Part shown: positions 59,122 to 64,000 of the stretch, piece after piece
How the letters are laid out: the number at the start of each line of letters is the position of its first letter
Numbering within the stretch: the first letter of the stretch is position 1
Assembly: GCA_963782055.1 (NCBI GenBank)
Contig: CAWAIF010000003.1
Location: forward strand, 32,001 to 96,000
DNA from: an uncultured delta proteobacterium
Lineage (GTDB): Bacteria; Myxococcota_A; Polyangia; Polyangiales; Polyangiaceae
DNA: 64,000 nt
Reading direction: 5' to 3'
Translations under genes and position numbers: made by a program
The notes under the pieces: generated by a model
Database searches by the model: none
The model's input: the letters and a program-made list of their open reading frames with translations, nothing else
What the model was told of the DNA's origin: nothing

Positions 59122-59346
59122 CTACGGGGAGAGCTCGATCGGGATCTCGCTGGGCGGCGCTCGCGGCGCCGACGCGGTGGCCGGCGGGCGAGGCGCGGGC
59201 CGCGGCCGGTAGTGCAGATAGAGGGCATAGACGGCTCCGCCCACCGCCACCAGCGCCAGCAGCACGATACGCAAGAGCCCGCCGGTGACCACCGGGACCC
59301 GCTGCGGCTGCGACGGCTTCTGGAAATGCGGCTTGCCGAGGCTCAC
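59122..59346 (-). CDS. Small single-TM protein (74 aa)
   Basis: GTG start; MSLGKPHFQKP...LLRIVLLALVAVGGAVYALY..Pro-rich..EIPIELSP. Confidence 0.55.
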   Translation of the reverse strand: MSLGKPHFQKPSQPQRVPVVTGGLLRIVLLALVAVGGAVYALYLHYRPRPAPRPPATASAPRAPPSEIPIELSP

Positions 59347-59390
59347 GCCGAGGTTTTGACATTGGTGGCCGGCGGGGACAACGTCAACCC

Positions 59391-61595
59391 GTGCGAGCCC
59401 CGGTGTTCTCCCACGTCCGCGCCATCGCCCTCGGGGCGTGCGTCGCGGGGGCCGGGTGCGCCGTGCCAGGGAGCGTCCCGCCCGCGCCGGCGTCCGCGGC
59501 CTCCTCGCCCGCACCGCGCCACGTGACCGAGGCGCGGGCCACCCCGCCGCAGGGGTCTTACTGGCAGGACGTGGCGTTCTCCGTCGCGCCCGGTCCGGCC
59601 TCGCGCGTCGTGCCCCTCGCCCCCGACGAGCTGGCCGTGCTGGCGATCGCCCAGGCCCAGCTCGGCCCGCGCCCGGCGGAGGCGGAGGAGGCGCTGCGCA
59701 AGGCGGGCGTGGTGGTGCTGCCCGCGACGGACCACCAGGTGTCGATGGGTGCATTCTACACGCACCTTCTCGAGGCGGGCGTCCCCTACGTGGTGACGAT
59801 GGACGCCCTGTTCGGTGTGGCGCGCGCCGCGGTCGACGCCGCGCTGGAGGAAGCCGACCGCCGCGTGACCATGCCCGACCTCGCCGCGCTGCTCGGCGCC
59901 ATGGCCGCAGCCCTGGAGCGCGAGCGCGTGGCGTCGCGTCCGGACACCGTCGCCGCCTGCGACATGCTCCGCGCGGTGGTCGCGGTGGCGCGCGGGCTCC
60001 TCGACCCGGCGACGCCTCCGCCGGCGGACCTGGCCGCGGAGGTGAAGGACGAGCTCGCCCGGGTGAACGCCCACGTGGGCATCGGGCCGAGCCCGGTGCT
60101 GCGGCGGCCCGTCGACTACGCCGTCTTCGACGCGCAGCGCGGGCTGCTCGGCACCGACCCGCGCGTCGGCGCCTTCCGGGCCATCACCTACCTCGCCCAG
60201 GCGGCGATGGAGCTGGCCCCGCGGCCCGGCGCGCGCGCGCCGGTGACGGTGGAGCAGATGCGCACCTTCACGCGCGCGGCGATGACGGCCTCGCGCCTGC
60301 TGCACGCGGGTGGCGACGCGACCGCCACCGCGGCGTGGGAGCGGCTGGACGATCTGCGCACCTTCGCCGAGGGACCCGCCGACGATCTGGGGCCGCGCGA
60401 TCTGTGGCGCGTGGCCGCCTCCCTGGGCGTGGACCTGCGCGACGGCGAGTCGGTGGTGGACGTCGCGCGGGTGGACCGCCTGCGGCGCGGCGCGGCCCGC
60501 AACGCCGCCGGCTCGCGCGTGGACGACCTGGGCGTGCGGGCGCCCGCCGGGACGCTCGACTCCCCCCTCGTCGTCTTCCGCGTGCTGGGGCCGAGCGCGC
60601 CGCCCGACGTCCTCGCGCTCGCGAGGCTGACCGGTCCGCGCCTGGGCGCCCTGCGCGGCGATCGCCCCACGGCGACGGCCCAGGGCGGCGTGCGCGCGCT
60701 GCCCACCGCCCTGGACGTGGCGGCCGCGTTCGGGTCCTCCGCCGCGCGCGACGCGCTCCACGAGGCCGGGGACGACGCCTACGAGGGCTTCGACGGCGCG
60801 CTGGCCGACGCGCGCCGCGCCCTCCCCGCCGCGTCCGGCGCGAGGCACCGCTCGCTCTACCTCTCCTTCCTGGACGCCATCGCGACCTACCTGCAGCCGT
60901 CGGTCGCCGACGCCACGCAGCCGGCAGCCGGCTCGGTGGCGGAGGCGCGGCGGAGGGTGAACGCGGCGCTCGTGGCGTGGGCCACCCTCCGGCACGACAC
61001 GGCGCCGCTATCGCGCGACGCGGCGCGGGACGTGGCCGAGGAGGACCCGCCGCCGCCCGTCGCAGGCCCGCCGGCGATGGTGGAGCCTCACCCGGAGACC
61101 ATCGCGCGGCTGCTCGCGCTGGTCCGGCAGACCTCACGCGGGCTGCGCGCGCACCGCGCGCTGAGCGACGACGGGCCCGCGGCCGCGCTGCTGGCGCGCG
61201 CGGAGTCGGTGCTCGCCGACGCGCTCGCCGTCGCGGTGACCGAGACGGACGGGAGGAAGCTGACGACGACGCAGCAGCGCGCGGTATGGGCGATGCCGGC
61301 GGAGCTCGCGGGGATCGAGCAGCGGCTGGGCGTCGGGCTGGGTGCCCCGCGCATCGCGACGGTGCACGTGGACGTGCCCAGCGGTCGCGCGCTGCAGGTG
61401 GGCACGGGCTTCGTCCGGCGGGAGTGGCTCGCGCTGCGCGCGCCGGGGACCACCAGCGCGGAGGCCTTCGCCGGCGCGTTCGTGCCGCAGTACGAGGTGG
61501 CCGACACGCTCCGGTGGACCGACGTCGCGTGGGCGAGGCGCCTGATCGAGGCGCCGCCGCCCGAGCCGGCGTACACGCGCGTCCTCGCGCTGTGA
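59391..61595 (+). CDS. DUF3160-like lipoprotein
   Basis: Lipobox-like GAGC; PYVVT.D, DY..F..RG, RALPTALDVAAAFGS, WATLRHDT, VEPHPE. Confidence 0.75.
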   Translation: MRAPVFSHVRAIALGACVAGAGCAVPGSVPPAPASAASSPAPRHVTEARATPPQGSYWQDVAFSVAPGPASRVVPLAPDELAVLAIAQAQLGPRPAEAEEALRKAGVVVLPATDHQVSMGAFYTHLLEAGVPYVVTMDALFGVARAAVDAALEEADRRVTMPDLAALLGAMAAALERERVASRPDTVAACDMLRAVVAVARGLLDPATPPPADLAAEVKDELARVNAHVGIGPSPVLRRPVDYAVFDAQRGLLGTDPRVGAFRAITYLAQAAMELAPRPGARAPVTVEQMRTFTRAAMTASRLLHAGGDATATAAWERLDDLRTFAEGPADDLGPRDLWRVAASLGVDLRDGESVVDVARVDRLRRGAARNAAGSRVDDLGVRAPAGTLDSPLVVFRVLGPSAPPDVLALARLTGPRLGALRGDRPTATAQGGVRALPTALDVAAAFGSSAARDALHEAGDDAYEGFDGALADARRALPAASGARHRSLYLSFLDAIATYLQPSVADATQPAAGSVAEARRRVNAALVAWATLRHDTAPLSRDAARDVAEEDPPPPVAGPPAMVEPHPETIARLLALVRQTSRGLRAHRALSDDGPAAALLARAESVLADALAVAVTETDGRKLTTTQQRAVWAMPAELAGIEQRLGVGLGAPRIATVHVDVPSGRALQVGTGFVRREWLALRAPGTTSAEAFAGAFVPQYEVADTLRWTDVAWARRLIEAPPPEPAYTRVLAL

Positions 61596-61677
61596 GGCGG
61601 CGGCGCCTGGGTGACAGTGTGCTTGCTGCGCTTCGCCCCGGGCAGGCGAGCGCAGTTCGCGCTACCATCGCCGCCCC

Positions 61678-64000
61678 GTGTCCATCGTCGTTCGCACATC
61701 CACGTCGGCCGCCGTTCGTCTCGCCGAGGCGGCGCGGTGGCTCCGCTCGCAGGGAGCGGCGCGCGAGCTGGTGATCGTGGCCGCCACGCACGAAGCGGCG
61801 GCGGACCTGGCACGCGACGTGGCGGCGGAGCTCGGCGGGGCGTTCGGGTGGCACCGGACCACGCTGGTGCAGCTCGCCGCCGTGCTCGCGCAGCGGGCGA
61901 GGGCGGAGCGCGGGCTCACGCCGGTGGGCGGGCTCGCGGTCGAGGCGGTGTGCGCGCGGGTGGTGCACCGGGCGCATCGCGAGGGGCGGCTGGAGCGCCT
62001 CGCGCCCATCGCCGAGCTGCCGGGGCTGCCGCGCGCCCTCGCGCGGACACTCGCCGAGCTGCGCATGGTGCGCGCCGACGCCGCGTCCATCGTCGACGGG
62101 GACCTGACACGCGCGCTCGCCGATTACACCGCCGAGATGGAGCGGAGCAGCCTGTGCAATCGCGCCGACCTCCTCGCCCTCGCCGCCGGCGCGATCGCCC
62201 GGCAGGAGCCCGCGGACCTGGTCGGCAAGCCGATCCTCTTCGTCGACGTGCCCGTGCGCACCGCGCTCGAGCGGGACCTGGTGGGTGCCCTGCTCCAGGC
62301 GTCCGGCGATGGGCTCGTGCTCTTTCCGGAGGGCGACGAGCGCACGCGCACCTCCGTGGAGGCGCTGGGCCACTGCGCCGAGCGCCTCGCCGCCACCGGG
62401 CCGGTGCACGCCATGCAGGAGCAGCTCTTCTCCGAGCGCGCGGACCTGGCCGGCGCGCCCTCCGCGCTCAGCATCTTCTCCGCCCCGGGGGAGAGCCGCG
62501 AGTGCGTGGAGCTCGCCCGCGCGTGTCGCGAGGAGGCGGAGCGCGGTGTGCCCTTCGACGCGATGGCGGTGGTGCTGCGCAACCCGACGCTGTACCGCGC
62601 GCACGTGGAGGAGGCGATGCGGCGCGCGGGCATCCCGGTGCACTTCGCGCGGGGCTCTTCGCGGCCGGACCCTGCGGGGCGCGCGCTGCTCGCCCTGCTC
62701 TCGTGCAAGGTGGAGGACCTCTCCGCCACGCGCTTCGCCGAGTACCTCTCGCTGGGGGAGCTGCCCGCCGCGTCGGCGGACGGCGCGCCGCCTCCGGAGG
62801 CGCCGGTCGAGGCGCGTCGCGTGCCGCCGCCGGACGAGGCGCTCCCGCGCACGGTGGAGCGAGACACCGAGCAGGCGGCGGAGGAGGCGACGCCGGCGGC
62901 GGAGGCCGGCGACAACGCCGTCACCGCGGGCACGCTGCGCACGCCGCGCCACTGGGAGCGGCTGCTCGTCGAGGCGGCGGTCATCAAGCGCAGCGATCGC
63001 TACAAGCGGCGGCTGGACGGCCTGGAGAAGGAGCTGCGCCTCGCGCTCGAGGAGCCCAAGACGGAGGAGGCGCTCGCGCGGCGCATCCAGGGTGACCTGG
63101 ACGCCCTGGACAGTCTACGCAACTTCGCGCTGCCGCTGCTCGCCGCCCTGGAGGCGCTGCCGGAGCAGGCGACATGGGAGGAGTGGATCGACACGCTCGG
63201 TGCGCTGGCGACGCGCGCGTTGCGGCGCCCGGAGCGGGTGCTCGCGGTGCTGGCGGAGCTCAACCCCATGGGCGAGGTGGGTCCGGTGGAGCTGCGGGAG
63301 GTGCGGCTGGTGCTGGAGCGCCGGCTGGGCGAGCTCACGGTGCGTCCCGCCGGCCGTCGCTACGGCCGGCTCTTCGTCGGCACGCCCGACGAGGTGCGCG
63401 GCATGGCGTTCGAGGTGGTGTTCGTGCCCGGCCTCGCCGAGCGCGTCTTCCCGCAGAAGGTGGTGGAGGACCCGGTGCTCCCCGACGCCGCGCGCGAGCG
63501 CGTGGAGGCCGCGTCGCCGCTCCCGGTGAACGCCGATCGCGCCATCGAGGAGCGTCTCGCGCTGCGCCTGGCGCTCGGCGCGGCGCGGCGGCGCGTGGTG
63601 GCGTCGTACCCGCGGCTGGACCTGGAGCAGGGGCGGCCACGCACGCCGTCCTTCTACGCGCTGGAGGTGGTGCGCGCGCAGGAGGGCGCGCTGCCCGGCT
63701 TCGACGAGCTGGCGCGCAAGTCGAGCGAGGCGTCGCAGGCGCGCATCGGCTGGCCGGCGCCGGAGGAGGCGTCGCAGGCGATCGACGAGGCGGAGTACGA
63801 TCTCGCCATCCTGGAGCGCCTGCTGCGGATGCCCGCCGGCCTGAGCGCCGGCGCCGCGCGCTACCTGCTCTTCGCCAACCCGCACCTGGGGCGCGCGCTG
63901 CGCTTCCGCGCGCAGCGCTGGGCGGTAAAGAAGTGGTGGCGCGCCGACGGCCTGGTGGACCCTGCGCCACGCGCGCTCGCCGCCCTCGCCGAGCACGGGC
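61678..64000 (+). CDS. AddB-like ATP-dependent helicase/nuclease subunit (runs off window end)
   Basis: Manual translation from GTG 61678: PGLPRALARTLAELR, FSAPGESRECVE, MAVVLR...RAGIP, RGMAFEVVFVPGLAERVFP, EERL, SYPR...PSFY; no in-frame stop to 64000. Confidence 0.8.
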   Translation, partial: MSIVVRTSTSAAVRLAEAARWLRSQGAARELVIVAATHEAAADLARDVAAELGGAFGWHRTTLVQLAAVLAQRARAERGLTPVGGLAVEAVCARVVHRAHREGRLERLAPIAELPGLPRALARTLAELRMVRADAASIVDGDLTRALADYTAEMERSSLCNRADLLALAAGAIARQEPADLVGKPILFVDVPVRTALERDLVGALLQASGDGLVLFPEGDERTRTSVEALGHCAERLAATGPVHAMQEQLFSERADLAGAPSALSIFSAPGESRECVELARACREEAERGVPFDAMAVVLRNPTLYRAHVEEAMRRAGIPVHFARGSSRPDPAGRALLALLSCKVEDLSATRFAEYLSLGELPAASADGAPPPEAPVEARRVPPPDEALPRTVERDTEQAAEEATPAAEAGDNAVTAGTLRTPRHWERLLVEAAVIKRSDRYKRRLDGLEKELRLALEEPKTEEALARRIQGDLDALDSLRNFALPLLAALEALPEQATWEEWIDTLGALATRALRRPERVLAVLAELNPMGEVGPVELREVRLVLERRLGELTVRPAGRRYGRLFVGTPDEVRGMAFEVVFVPGLAERVFPQKVVEDPVLPDAARERVEAASPLPVNADRAIEERLALRLALGAARRRVVASYPRLDLEQGRPRTPSFYALEVVRAQEGALPGFDELARKSSEASQARIGWPAPEEASQAIDEAEYDLAILERLLRMPAGLSAGAARYLLFANPHLGRALRFRAQRWAVKKWWRADGLVDPAPRALAALAEHG

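Overview
Very GC-rich (roughly 70%+) bacterial chromosomal segment. Ser/Thr kinases, an FHA protein, a TIGR02266-type PilZ protein, many lipoproteins with DAG-rich linkers and Bacillus-type sdhCAB point to Myxococcota, probably Polyangiales (inference). About 55 real genes are buried among many antisense shadow ORFs. Housekeeping genes include aspS, gshB/ggt, sdhCAB, sod, leucine dehydrogenase, fbaB, fbp, queE, an addB-like gene, an ECF sigma/anti-sigma pair and a Gld-like ABC system. I saw no tRNA, rRNA, CRISPR array, transposase or integrase. Most notable: (1) a tetraether-synthase (Tes/GDGT-MAS)-like radical SAM enzyme; (2) a ferredoxin-dependent bilin-reductase-like gene divergent from a flavin reductase and a V4R/H-NOX-fold Ser/Thr kinase; (3) a ~4 kb accessory lipoprotein locus between fbaB and fbp with a G10 tract, a 1176-bp tandem duplication, an orphan C-terminal mini-ORF and patchily diversified beta-propeller paralogues; (4) an apparently catalytically dead PncB behind nrtR; (5) ggt and gshB head-to-head on one shared CATG; (6) recurrent TANNNT-N6-start leaderless signals, including a likely ATC start; (7) a 38-bp palindrome whose 23-bp core recurs 13.8 kb away; (8) three frameshifts that may be sequencing errors.
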